Below, in pieces: positions 11,015 through 21,688 of a stretch of DNA of 64,000 nt. Location of the stretch: NCBI GenBank assembly GCA_000165345.1, contig CM000436.1, positions 1,248,001 to 1,312,000 of the forward strand, read 5' to 3'. The translations under genes were made by a program, and so were the position numbers. Numbering within the stretch: the first letter of the stretch is position 1; every line of letters begins with the position of its first letter. The notes under the pieces are model-generated. The model was not told the origin of the DNA and did no database searches. It was given only the letters and a program-made list of their open reading frames with translations.

Positions 11015-11908
11015 ATGGAGGACCATTCAGAACAGAGTGTTTTACATTCTCCCAAAAAAATGAGAAAGACGGGAATTAATGAAGTTAATAAGGTGACAGG
11101 AGGAACCGTTTGTGATGAACACGAATTTATAGGAACTAATAATCAGAGTGTGACGATAGTGAATATATTGAGACAAGGTATACAAAGTAAGGACAAAAAT
11201 ATGTTGGAGAACGCTCTTTCTCATAATGATATTAAAATAATTAGAGGTTCAGTAAGCCAAATTTCTGATGGGAATTGTCTGGAGCTCTTTGAGGAGATTA
11301 TGAATAGAATAGAAGATAATCCAATGAAGCTTTTAGAGCTTTCTAACTGGATTTCAGTTCTGCTTGAAGGTATAGCAAGACAGGTCGTAGCTTTTAAAGG
11401 GGATACTGATAGAATTTTACTTATTTTGAACCAAATGGAAAGGTTGAATGAAATTATTTCCATGAGGCTAAGTTATAACCAAGATTTGATAAGTCTCCAA
11501 TCTACTTTGGATATATTTCAGCATATTATTGAGGAAAACAAACTTATCACGGAAATGTGTAATAAGATATCCTCTGAGTCTAATAACGCTTTAATCACTT
11601 ACCAATTTGAGGCGGATCAAGAAAATGATGAAAATGATAGCTTTGACAATTATGAAGATGAAGATGAGGATGACATCGATATTGACCATGAGGACGAAAA
11701 TGAAGATGACGATGATGAAGATGAAGATGATGATAATGACGAAGTTGACGATAATGGCAATGAAGATGAAGATGATGAGGATTACAACAGCAAGATACGC
11801 AAAGTCCGCAAAACAAAAGGTGTAAAGGATGAAAGTGATGAAAATGATAGCGATAGCGAAGAGAATGATGATGACAATGAGTATGAAGAGAGATCAAACT
11901 CCGAATAG
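11015..11908 (+). CDS. Hypothetical protein with a helical N-terminal domain and a roughly 100-aa poly-Asp/Glu tail; likely nuclear or nucleolar.
   Basis: ATG-initiated 297-aa ORF. Residues about 200-297 are almost pure D/E (EDEDEDDIDIDHEDENEDDDDEDEDDD...). The antisense ORFs 11595..11897 and 11607..11825 are artefacts of this GAT/GAA repeat. Confidence 0.5.
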   Translation: MEDHSEQSVLHSPKKMRKTGINEVNKVTGGTVCDEHEFIGTNNQSVTIVNILRQGIQSKDKNMLENALSHNDIKIIRGSVSQISDGNCLELFEEIMNRIEDNPMKLLELSNWISVLLEGIARQVVAFKGDTDRILLILNQMERLNEIISMRLSYNQDLISLQSTLDIFQHIIEENKLITEMCNKISSESNNALITYQFEADQENDENDSFDNYEDEDEDDIDIDHEDENEDDDDEDEDDDNDEVDDNGNEDEDDEDYNSKIRKVRKTKGVKDESDENDSDSEENDDDNEYEERSNSE

Positions 11909-12491
11909 GAAAATCGAAAATAGAACTAAAACTGATTTTTTCAGGTTCTATTCCAGAATCCTCTACTAATATCTTATCAATAATTTGATTTCAATTGTCC
12001 CCAATTAGTTTATTTTCTTCTTTTTAGCCTAAAAGTCCTAAATAAGCAAATATAATATATATTTAGTATTGGAAGTCCTGATCAATTTTTAATGATGTTT
12101 TGTCTTAGCTTAAATTGCAATAAAAAAGATTTATATTGGATTTTTGTAAGATTTTATTCATTATATATTATAAGTTTAAAAGAAGAAAGAAGGGAAATTA
12201 CGAAGTAAAGAGGAAAAAAAAAATATGTCCCTAACCAAAAGTATGGAAATGGAAAAGGAGATATTAGAGAGGGAAAAGTTAAGGGAGAAAAAAAAGGAAA
12301 GGGTTTTCTTTATCAATTATTAAAATTTTGTATGCAAATAAATTAATTAATTACTAAAATTAGGCCTTTGGAATTTAATTTATGCTCGGATTAAAGTAAA
12401 AAAAAAAAGGCCGGTAAAATAGAATTAAAGCTCTGAAAATCTAAAAATTAAGAAACAAATAAAGAGAAAAAGTCATTAACTAAAAGATATA

Positions 12492-13007
12492 ATGTGTTAT
12501 CTTGGTTCTTCAACTCATGGAAGATGTTGTTGCTGCATTCCTTTGGGAATTTCTGGAACAATAACATCTCTCATCTTGTTGGCATCAGGAATCTTCACAA
12601 CATGCCAATTTTCACAAACTCCAAATCAGGAAATTGGTGGTTTAACTTCATCAGCTTTGTTTACAGGTGTCACACTTTTATCATTCTTATGCTTTTATTG
12701 TGGTCCAGGAGGAGCAGGATTCGCATATTTTGCAACACAATTTAGTGCAATTGTTGTAACTTTTCAGTTAATATACCAGTGGTGTCTTTGGAGCTATAGT
12801 TTTCTACAAGTTGGACACTTCCTAATAGGATTTAAAATGGCATTTATTATTACTATGATTTGGATTGTAACACTAATAGTAAATATTATTTCTATCACTA
12901 TTTTTAGATCCACTTGGGAAATCAAGATTCAAGGAGGAAGTACATGGAATTTAAAGAATGCTCAAGAAGTAAGACTTAAGAATTTGGAAAACGCTGTAGG
13001 ATTATAA
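12492..13007 (+). CDS. Hypothetical small tetraspan membrane protein
   Basis: 171-aa ATG-initiated ORF with four hydrophobic segments of about 20 aa and a Cys-rich N-terminus (GRCCCCIP). There is a GPGGAGFAYF motif between TM2 and TM3. No domain recognised. Confidence 0.35.
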   Translation: MCYLGSSTHGRCCCCIPLGISGTITSLILLASGIFTTCQFSQTPNQEIGGLTSSALFTGVTLLSFLCFYCGPGGAGFAYFATQFSAIVVTFQLIYQWCLWSYSFLQVGHFLIGFKMAFIITMIWIVTLIVNIISITIFRSTWEIKIQGGSTWNLKNAQEVRLKNLENAVGL

Positions 13008-13158
13008 TTAGATCATTGAATATTAGCTATGAGATAAACTAGATAACTTATGTAATAAATGCTAGATATTACAAATTTGATATTATTTAAAAAACTACCT
13101 CGAAATAGTTTTCATTACTATTTACTTTTCTATATTAATATTTCATAATACTTAATTC

Positions 13159-13635
13159 CTAATACAAGCCACCTCCTCCCCAGGCATCTGTAAGCTGCAG
13201 CTCTCTAAGTGTATCGCTACTAATTTGTACCGAGTGATTTTTTCCTGGCTCCCAAACATGAGCTTTAGATGAGCTGTTTGTTAACACATACTTGTATTCG
13301 ATATTCTCAATCTTACTATTTGGAACAATCTTAACATTTGCAGTCCAAAAACTTCCTTCAGTCCATTTCATTGTTAATCCATTGTCAACATTCCAGTTAC
13401 CCAGTTCAGCTATATTCCCAACTACTTTAAGTTCTTGTCCAAATTTTGTTTCAAATTTCACACCAAACTTTACAATAACGCTAACATTCATCTTCTCGCG
13501 TCGTATTGCCTCCTCCAATGCTTCCTCATATATTCTTAATTTGCGATCATGTAATTTTTTCTCATATAACTTTCTTATCCTAAGCCTATTTTCATCCAGG
13601 GTCTCCTCTGTATTTTCTTTCCTACTTGGCTCCAT
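13159..13635 (-). CDS. CBM20 (family 20 starch-binding domain) protein with an N-terminal coiled coil
   Basis: The C-terminal roughly 100 aa match the CBM20 pattern: VKFGVKFETKFGQELKVVGNIAELGNWN...MKWTEGSFWTANVKI...IEYKYVL...VWEPGKNH. This follows the consensus F.v....GQ.l.vvG....LGnW......W.......eYKyv......WE.g.N. Confidence 0.6.
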   Translation of the reverse strand: MEPSRKENTEETLDENRLRIRKLYEKKLHDRKLRIYEEALEEAIRREKMNVSVIVKFGVKFETKFGQELKVVGNIAELGNWNVDNGLTMKWTEGSFWTANVKIVPNSKIENIEYKYVLTNSSSKAHVWEPGKNHSVQISSDTLRELQLTDAWGGGGLY

Positions 13636-13993
13636 TTTGAGATCAAACTTTTTCTTCTTTTATAAAGAGACCTTCAGACTTAATAATATTTGTTCAGAGC
13701 CGTTTTGTTAACCAAATTAATTAACTAGGTCAAAATTAACCTCTGGTGTGTTTGCTTTGCTAACCCCCCCTCCTTTTCCTTTCTGCACTATATCTTGCTA
13801 TATAATATTACAATTGCTTGTTTAAATCTACTACTTCCTTGTCAAACCTTCTCAAATTTTCTTTTATTCAGTTTTTCTATACTATTTTTAAGTAAAACGA
13901 ATTTATAACGTTTCCGTAATTATATTGCTCTTTTTACTATTTCTTTTATACTATTTTATTTTCTGCCCTTAATCCCCAAATTAATTTCCCACG

Positions 13994-14009
13994 TGCATTT
14001 CCCGCCTAA
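13994..14009. promoter_or_regulatory. 16-mer GCATTTCCCGCCTAAA (E2F-core TTTCCCGCC). It is preceded by CACGTG at 13989 and repeated exactly at 18926..18941.
   Basis: An identical 16-mer sits in two unrelated intergenic regions. The CCCGCCTAA core occurs a third time at 31649..31657. Confidence 0.4.
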
Positions 14010-14114
14010 AGTAAATAGTGATCTAAATTAACTTCTTAATTAAATATAAAATAGAAACAAAAAACGTCAAGTCCCGAACCTAAATTACTTTAACAATCAA
14101 TTTGAGTAAATGAT

Positions 14115-14155
<41 letters not shown>

Positions 14156-15160
14156 CCGTAGAAAACCGGAAAAACGAATTAAACTGTATGAGACCCCATT
14201 TTAGTTGTGTTGTAAAACTATTTATTGTTGGGATAATACCAAAATAAAAAGTTTCGGTAAAGACTCATTCTCAATGAATTTTACCAAAAATTGGAGGCAA
14301 AATTATGCATGCAAAAATCACAAAAAATTTTTTTATTTTCAAAAAGTTTATATTTAAATAACTATTAAAAATAAAAATATGCATGCACATTCTTTTAATC
14401 TCTACATGCAAAACTACTTTATTATTTCATGAATCACATTTAATGTTGATTCAACATCTATTTGAATGCGCGCACATATATTTCATCAGTTAATATTAAA
14501 TAGGGTATTATATTAATTAGTACGGAAGTGATACAATTTTTCCCAAAAAAAAAAAATGAATGAAATTTTTCTCGTTTAATTTGTTTTATATTTATTAGAA
14601 ACTATTTTCTTGCACTTTTACAGTTAAATAATCATATTAATTTACATTTTTTCTCACCATTGATTCAATTGCCCATGTACTAATTCTTGTAAATCTAATA
14701 TTTGATCGTTGCCGCCAATTTACATAACGTCTCGTCTCCAGGATTGTGTGTACTATTGAGAAAAAAAAAGCTAATATTATAGAATACATGTAAAAAGCAA
14801 AGGAGTAAATATAAAATAGGGAGAGAGTGGTTAAATATATAATATATATTTATATACATATAGATATATATCTATATATACCAATAAATAATTTTGAGAA
14901 AAATAAAAAGGTAAAGGTTGCATGATTGGACAAGAATAAGAAATTGAGAAGAGTTTAAAGTCATTAAGGGGCAGACACTTTAAGAATTTGAATTTTAAGA
15001 ACACAAGATTATAGGCAGATCAATAGAGTTAGTACAGTAATTTAGTACAGATTAGCTGGAAAATTTGATAGATCTTGTAAGAAAACAATTAATAGAGCAT
15101 TGATATCAACAATTATTATCATTTTAGCTGATCTAATAAATTTAGAAAAAAATAATAAAG

Positions 15161-16135
15161 ATGCAACAGCCACAACAACCAAATGATATGTTCCATACAT
15201 CAGTAGGAGATGGAGTAACAGCAACTTGGGTAGATCCCGCACAAATGGGACAGGTAAATAATAATTGCTTCCCAAATCAAGCGCATCCATCATCAGGATA
15301 TTATCGATTGGAAGTAGACCAAGCTCCACTCATTACAGTTCCTGTAGTACAGGAGATTCAAAGAAGAGATAAAATTATTGAGGTACCTCAAACAATTATT
15401 AAAGATAAGATCTTACCAAAGATTTATCATCAGGAAGTTATTCATGAAGTTCCAAAGCTTGAAGTTGAGGTACAAGAGAAGGAGGTTGAGGTTCCAAATG
15501 TAACTGTAGTAGAAAAGGTGGTTGATTTAGAACATATTGTTGGATTCAATCCAAAGTACGTACCAACCTGGGAAGTTAGGGAAGTACCAAAACTCGTTCC
15601 AAAATTTGTTGGTGAACAAAAAGTCCTTTATATTGAAATTTCTCAAATTCAATATGTTGATAAAGTAACTGAAAAAGAGGTTGTCGTAGATGTTGTTGAT
15701 AAGGTAGTTCCAAAAGTTGTCGAAATTGAAGAGCCAATAGAAGTTATCCGATATAAATGGAAGGAAGTTTATGATGATATACCAGTTGTTAAATATGTAC
15801 CCAAGTTTGATGTTGAGGTTGTATGCCCTGCTCCAGTTATTGTGCCTTATGTGCAGCCAGAAATTAAGGATCTACCACCAGTTAAAGTTACAGTTGGCCC
15901 AGATGGTAGAGAAACCAATATGGCTCAGGATTACAATATACCAAATAATGTAGTTTCTTCACCAAATTCTATCCCAAATATGAATGCTAACTTAGCTCAA
16001 ATTAATGATATCAATAGCTCTCCCTTCCCATTACCAGAAGGAAGCCAACCAGTTGAGCCAAGAATGCCACAATTCATGAAAGGAAATATGCCAGTAAATG
16101 TTAGAGTAATGCCCCCACATCCAAATAATCAATAG
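15161..16135 (+). CDS. Alveolin-repeat inner membrane complex (IMC) protein
   Basis: The central roughly 230 aa are built from EV/VP/EK repeats: EVPQTIIKDKILPKIYHQEVIHEVPKLEVEVQEKEVEVPNVTVVEKVVD...VPKFVGEQKV...VVDKVVPKVVEIEEPIEV. These resemble the EKIVEVP-type alveolin repeat of alveolate IMC proteins. Both termini are Q/N/P-rich. Confidence 0.65.
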   Translation: MQQPQQPNDMFHTSVGDGVTATWVDPAQMGQVNNNCFPNQAHPSSGYYRLEVDQAPLITVPVVQEIQRRDKIIEVPQTIIKDKILPKIYHQEVIHEVPKLEVEVQEKEVEVPNVTVVEKVVDLEHIVGFNPKYVPTWEVREVPKLVPKFVGEQKVLYIEISQIQYVDKVTEKEVVVDVVDKVVPKVVEIEEPIEVIRYKWKEVYDDIPVVKYVPKFDVEVVCPAPVIVPYVQPEIKDLPPVKVTVGPDGRETNMAQDYNIPNNVVSSPNSIPNMNANLAQINDINSSPFPLPEGSQPVEPRMPQFMKGNMPVNVRVMPPHPNNQ

Positions 16136-16418
16136 AGTTGAATTATTTAAGAATGTTTTCATTGTGAATAAAAGTATGGTATTGTAGCTAAGAAACATTA
16201 TTTGTATTTTTTTTCAATGAAAGCACTTTTATTAAATATATCGTTGCTAACAATTGATCTTATTATATCATTTTGCTATCCAAAAAATAGCAAAGGCAAA
16301 AAATCATAGTAATGGAAAAAATAATGATTTAGTATCACCAATCAAATTTTTTTTCAATAAATATCAAATATATTTCCTTAAATAACTAATAATACTAATA
16401 ATCAATAATTGCTTATTT

Positions 16419-16739
16419 TTATTCTTGCAGTTTTTCTGATATTTTTGTTTCAAAATACTTTATCCATGTTTCTGGAACTTGCGAATACAAAAATCCCTCG
16501 ATAGTTTCGTAGAAATTTGAATCTTCCTTTTCTAAAATCCGGAAACCATTTTGGCTTATTTCTAAACTTACAATCTTTTTTTCATTAAATTTGCTAAAAT
16601 TATCCTTATTCTGCTGAAGTCCCAACGTAGCCTTTGCAATTATTTTATCTTTATAACTATTATCAATTTCTGACAAGGTCAATATATCCCCAAAATTGTT
16701 CTCAATATGTTTAACTATTTCTTCTAAAGCTGCAACCAT
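16419..16739 (-). CDS. Hypothetical 106-aa protein
   Basis: Compact, non-repetitive ORF (MVAALEEIVKHIENNFGDILTLSEID...). No family recognised. The start coordinate is taken from the ORF track. Confidence 0.35.
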   Translation of the reverse strand: MVAALEEIVKHIENNFGDILTLSEIDNSYKDKIIAKATLGLQQNKDNFSKFNEKKIVSLEISQNGFRILEKEDSNFYETIEGFLYSQVPETWIKYFETKISEKLQE

Positions 16740-17227
16740 TTGCCATAAGAAATTTTATCCCTTAATAAAAGTACTTACAAGGCTTTGATTTAACTTTCAA
16801 AATTGTTAATTTCTCTATTACTTTATTTGACTCGTTCCCCACAAAGATGTAATGTAAAATATAGCATAAACTCTTAGCCCGCTCAGTTATTTTTTATACT
16901 TTAACCATTTTTATAAATTAACTATGAAATTGAAAACTTATCAAAGGCAGATATTTTATTCAAACCTTCTGTGATATTGTCTTTTATATTTTATTCTATA
17001 ATTTTTTTTGGCTTATTTAATTAAAATATTAGAACAATAGAATATATTTTTTTCTTATTAATCTCGCAGTTAATTCCTTCCAGCAATTATTCTTCTTCTA
17101 TTCTCTTCTTTATACCTTGATTTATTTCAATTTTAGAATGATTATTTACAAGATAAAAACCTGTGCACTAAAAACTTATCTTTTTTTTTGCTTGTCATTT
17201 ACTAGCAATTTATAATCATCCTTAAAT

Positions 17228-17235
17228 GCATGCAC
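17228..17235. promoter_or_regulatory. TGCATGCA palindromic octamer, the apicomplexan upstream element
   Basis: Perfect octamers lie at 14306, 14380, 17228, 17336, 18884 and 21814, all intergenic. Two of them sit upstream of the DHHC gene. Confidence 0.35.
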
Positions 17236-17550
17236 CAATATTTCAACCGCCCTAGAATAATTACCCCATTTTTTTTATTTGCATGTGGATTTATGCCGGT
17301 ACTAGTCAAATTGGCACTGACGTGTCAACAAAAATTGCATGCAAAAAAAATTTGGGGAGAGGGGAGATGAATAAAAAGCAGTGCTAAAACATTAAAATTA
17401 TAAAAAAAAAATTGACTTTGAAATAGAAGTGTAATTGAAAACATATTATTGGGCAAAGTTGGTCAATTATAAAATCTTGGAAGAAACAAAAGAAAGGAAT
17501 TCTTCTTGAATTAATTAATTTGAATTTGAATTTATAATGAAAGTTTGAAT

Positions 17551-18636
17551 ATGGAAGAAAAAATTTCAATTACAAAATATTTACCATTCATTGTAAGTAA
17601 TAATATCCCAATCATACATTTTGAAATAATAATATCAAAAACTAATTCTGCTCTACTTAGTTTGTTTTATTCTTAACGGCAATACTTTACTTTATATACT
17701 TTGCAGTAAGTTTTTTCGTTAAAAACAAACCAAATATTTACAACTAATTAATACCTAACCAGTTCCACTTATTACCATTACTTCAAATTGGAATTTCCAA
17801 AGCATTTAGAGTTGAATCAAAATTTCAAGAAGGTAAGTTAAAGGGTACCAAAATATTTATATGGTACTAAGAAATCGTACATTATAATTCAATAACTTTA
17901 GGTGTTAGAGATTTTATCATTATAAACTTTTTGTTTGCACTATACAAAATCTCATTATTCAAATCTTTCTTTACAGATGCAGGTAGAGTTCCTGTAACTG
18001 AAGAATGGAGAAATACTCCAGATCCAAAATTAATATTTGAAAGAAAAGATGATGGAAGATTAAGATTCTGCAAATATGAATTAGTATATAAACCAGACAG
18101 AGCTCATTATTGTCGCCAGTTAAATAGAAATGTACTAAGAATGGATCATTATTGCCCATGGTTTGGAAATTGTATTGGATATTTCAACTATAAATTCTTC
18201 TTTCTTGCTCTTCTTTATGGATGTGCCTCACTTACGTACATGATGTTTAGTCAAATTAACACTTTGAGCAATATTTGGAGTGATAAAAATGTAACCTTTG
18301 GCCACTTATATCTTGTTTCGCTGGGAATCTGTTTCAGCGCAGTGCTACTCATTATAGTAGTTCCCTTCTTCTTATTTCACGCATATATTACCTCAAGAAA
18401 TGAAACAACAATCGAATTTTGCGAAAAAAGAAGTAAAGAAAAGGTAAGTTTTTACTTCATTTTAATAATCAACCTTTATTGTGCATTATAATTAGGGATT
18501 TACATATGATCAAGGAATATATAAAAATATCCAAAGTGTATTTGGCGAAAATCCGTTTTTATGGCTTGTTCCAGTCGGTTTGCCACCATCAGATGGGCTT
18601 TTCTTCCCAATAAAAAAAATTGAAAAGGAAGTATAA
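17551..18636 (+). CDS. DHHC-family palmitoyltransferase (DHYC variant). Four-exon model: 17551..17592, 17763..17832, 17977..18443, 18496..18636.
   Basis: Track ORF 17931..18491 contains the DHHC-CRD: CKYELVYKPDRAHYCRQLNRNVLRMDHYCPWFGNCIG, with two transmembrane segments after it. GTAAGT donors lie at 17593, 17833 and 18444. Acceptors are CAG at 17760-62, ACAG at 17973-76 and TTAG at 18492-95. The reading frame is preserved across all three junctions and terminates at TAA 18634-36. Only one TM precedes the CRD, so a further 5-prime exon may be missing. Confidence 0.6.
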
Positions 18637-19168
18637 TTTTTAAATCAAATCCCAACCACTTAGTAATGAAACATCTATTTGTAATAATTATTTAAATTCA
18701 AAGCTAATTGCTAAAACCTTTTTTATCTACGTCATCCGTAACAAAACTTCTATTTTTTTAAACATAGATTATTCAGTCTAAGAAGAGACTGACACAGTGT
18801 ATGATTTATTATTGAATACCAATAAAAAATTTGTATTTCATATATATTCGACATCTCACAATCAATTTTGAATTTTTGTTTTTTGCATGCAATACTTTCA
18901 CCCCACAGACTCGAATCTACCGCTAGCATTTCCCGCCTAAACAAGCAATGGGGTGTAAAATTACTTGAATCCCTCATCCACACAAATAAATTGCGCAAAT
19001 AAAGAATAATTGATATATAAGGAATTTGTTTGAAGGAGCTAATTTGAGGGGATTTTTTTTAATTGAAATATCGATAAAACTCAAAGCTTAAAGAAGTAAT
19101 TAAGACATAAATCATAGAAAAGAGTAAAATATTAGTATTCACTGTTTAGATTAGAGGAAATTAAAAAA

Positions 19169-19627
19169 ATGAGCGAACAATCTAATGTACAAGCAGTGCA
19201 ACCAGAACAACAAACACAACAGATTGCAGGAGCACAAGCTCAGATTGGAATGAATGCAGGAGTAGCATCTGCAGGTGTACCGTACAGTTCCGGTATGGGC
19301 CAAAATATGGTATTCCAATCTATGGCAGGAGGAAGTGGTTATTTCTTCCCTCCAAATGGTTCAGCCCCAATGAGTATGGGAAGTGGAGCATTTGCAAGTG
19401 TCGGAATGCCAGGAATGTATGAACTCGACCCAAATATGCTTTCAGGTGGCTATTCTGCTCCTTATGGCTCCGCTATGGGAAGTAGCTTCTATCTTCCAAA
19501 TCAATATGGAGGTTCAGGAGTTATGACAATGCCATATACTTATGATCCTTATGGCTTGATCAACCCAGGAATTATTCCTCCAGTTGCAACAAAGATAGCT
19601 AAGAAGAAGAGATCAGGATGCTGCTAA
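19169..19627 (+). CDS. Hypothetical Gly/Ser/Met/Tyr-rich low-complexity protein ending in polybasic KKKRSGCC
   Basis: 152-aa ATG ORF. The N-terminus is Gln/Ala-rich, the body is G/S/M/Y-rich, and the C-terminus is ...IAKKKRSGCC-stop. This resembles a Rab-type double-Cys lipidation tail, but there is no GTPase domain. Confidence 0.4.
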   Translation: MSEQSNVQAVQPEQQTQQIAGAQAQIGMNAGVASAGVPYSSGMGQNMVFQSMAGGSGYFFPPNGSAPMSMGSGAFASVGMPGMYELDPNMLSGGYSAPYGSAMGSSFYLPNQYGGSGVMTMPYTYDPYGLINPGIIPPVATKIAKKKRSGCC

Positions 19628-19739
19628 ACAGTTTTCATTGAATCACAATCGGCCTATAAGATATAGTATAGTTAATCTACTGTATTACGTAATTACTCTG
19701 TTTTGTAAATCTTTTTTTTATAAAGTTGTATTGCGACCG

Positions 19740-20226
19740 CTACTGTAAAAGTAACCTTCTTGCTGCTTGTCTGACTCTTACATCAAATGAAGGTGTCAAT
19801 ATTGGCTGATTTGCCTCTTGGAAAGGATTCATTAGGATTTTTACGTACAAATCTCTAACCTCATTAAAAAATTGTCTTATATTCTCACTGCTCTTGCCAT
19901 GATGTAGAAGTAGAAACTTTGTGTGTCCTGGTGTTACAAATGCCGAAATCTGGGTATCTCCAAGCTTATAAATTGTTCTCATATACCTGAAATAAAAGTT
20001 TAATCAAACAAATTTTTCTATTTTCTCAAATCTAATAAACTTACAATGCTGAATTTCTCCAAGTATTCTCATCCAATGCATCCAATGAAGCATGAATCAA
20101 TAACTCGTCGGCGCAACCATTCGATCCTATTTTCCCTGTGTTATTAGACAAATCTACTTCATATAGGGGAGAGTCATTTCTTCCCACTATTGTAAATATC
20201 AAACAATCCTGATTTGTATGTATCAT
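19740..20226 (-). CDS. TRAPPC2: Sedlin / TRAPPC2 (Trs20) TRAPP complex subunit. Two exons, 20045..20226 and 19740..19986, with intron 19987..20044.
   Basis: Track ORFs 20041..20226 (CLIFTIVGRNDSPLYEVDLS...ADELLIHASLDALDENTWRNSA) and 19740..19982 (ISAFVTPGHTKFLLLHHGKSSENIRQFFNEVRDLYVKILMNPF) align with human sedlin. The matching human segments are FYFVIVGHHDNPVFEMEF...HAALDLVDENMW and VSAFVTAGHMRFIMLHD...FFTDVYDLYIKFSMNPF. They join in frame through a 58-nt GTAAGT..TTTCAG intron, giving a 142-aa product. Confidence 0.75.
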
Positions 20227-20389
20227 AACTACAAATTGATTGCCTAACCATCAATTAATTAATTAGTTAATATTTCAAATAGCCCGCCAAAATTGACAGA
20301 AATATTTAGACTTGAAAATAAAAAAAAATCAAGATTCAAATAAAAAGTTTTAAAAAATCATTTATTCAGATGTCTATAGGCCTTACCAA

Positions 20390-21688
20390 TTAACTTTGGA
20401 AATATTCTTCACTGAAAATATCCATTTCAACAGAATGTTTGGACCTTTCAGGGTGCCAAACAATATAACCATTTCTGTGGGGTCCTTTTTTGAGGTTGTC
20501 AAAGTATTCACCTAAATTAATTTGTAAACTTGTTCTTTTATTAAAAATTTTACACCGTTGAAACTTACCTTCTCTAATGCAAATCCTCTTCCTAGTAATG
20601 GGGTCCTTATAAGTAGCAACGCATTCTCGATCTTGACCGTACTCCTGAGGCAGTCTATTATAAGAGGAGCTATCAAATGCAACGTTTAATGTAGGATCAA
20701 CCCTTGTTTTGGAATAGATTTCCTCTATGATTATATTTAAGATATTTTTGTATTATTTAAATGAAGTTAACTTTTTTATAATTACTTGAAGCTTACCATA
20801 TGTGAGGCACTCTGGGTCTATATCGGATCTAAACCAATAACAATTAGCATTTACATCATAAAAGTATGCCAAATGGTTTGCATCTGAAGCTTTATAGTGG
20901 ATTCTCTTTCTATTATTGTTTCTTAGATGATACTTATACACTTTTCTATCAAGGTCTGGAAGAATTTAATTGTTATTAGTTGTTAAAAATAATAACTTAC
21001 ACTCTAATTCATCTATAACAGGGTATATTCCCATTCTTTCTGCTTCAATAGGAGATTCAACTTTTCTAATTACTAGAATATAATTATTTATTGTTTTTTA
21101 AAAACTAGTTTGAATAAACATACATTCGTGATTAATTTCAGCCTCTGTACTATTAGAATGCATCTTCTCATATTCCAACATCTTCTTCACAATCATTTTG
21201 TTTACATTGTCTTTCCTGGATTTATGTCCTTGTTTAGGTGGCTTTATAAATTCTTTATAAGCCTCTTGATTTCTAGTTGGTGTTAATAAAGTTAAATTAT
21301 TAGACTCTTTGGCAACCTATTTTAAACGAGTTGCCAAGCTATTATTAATTTACCTTCTTCTCGTCTTTTCTATTTCGCTAAACTCCTCTTTCTGTCTCTG
21401 AAATTCCTTATAATGACTAGGATCTAAATCCCTCTTATTATGATACTCTTCAACTTTGTATATATTTTCCTTTAAAGATGGAGAGTCATACCCAATAATT
21501 GCCTTTTCTGGTAAATAATAAGGATAATTTGTGAGATCAGAGAAATTTGGATAATTATTAGTGTTTATTTGGCTAAGAACATCCTTAGCTGAGCCATAAA
21601 TCTGAGATTTTACGCCATTTAAATGAACTAGTAATACTATAAATAACAAACTTAAAGACTCAACCATAAACTTTCTGAACTTGAGCAT
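20390..21688 (-). CDS. Hypothetical secreted protein with signal peptide and no recognised domain. Six-exon model: 21354..21688, 21124..21272, 21001..21072, 20797..20955, 20569..20724, 20390..20511.
   Basis: Exon 1 is track ORF 21350..21688; its ATG is followed by the signal peptide MLKFRKFMVESLSLLFIVLLVHLNG. Five in-frame introns of 45-81 nt have GTAAAT/GTATGT/GTAAGT/GTAAGC donors and YAG acceptors. Exon 4 overlaps track ORF 20753..20941 in the same frame. The predicted product is about 327 aa and ends ...GYIVWHPERSKHSVEMDIFSEEYFQS. Confidence 0.45.

Noticed and set aside
11595-11897. His-rich 100-aa minus-strand ORF and Met/Lys-rich 72-aa plus-strand ORF inside the acidic tail of the 11015 gene
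   Set aside because: Both are alternative-frame or antisense readings of the GAT/GAA/GAC codon repeat encoding the poly-D/E tail.
12494-12745. 83-aa ORF overlapping the 12492 membrane-protein gene in another frame
   Set aside because: It is shorter, is nested in the longer four-TM ORF, and has a Trp/Asn/Phe-rich composition typical of off-frame reads of AT-rich coding DNA.
13292-13711. 139-aa plus-strand ORF with a hydrophobic N-terminus
   Set aside because: It is antisense to the CBM20 gene, whose domain match is specific. It has low-complexity Phe/Ser/Leu composition and no start context.
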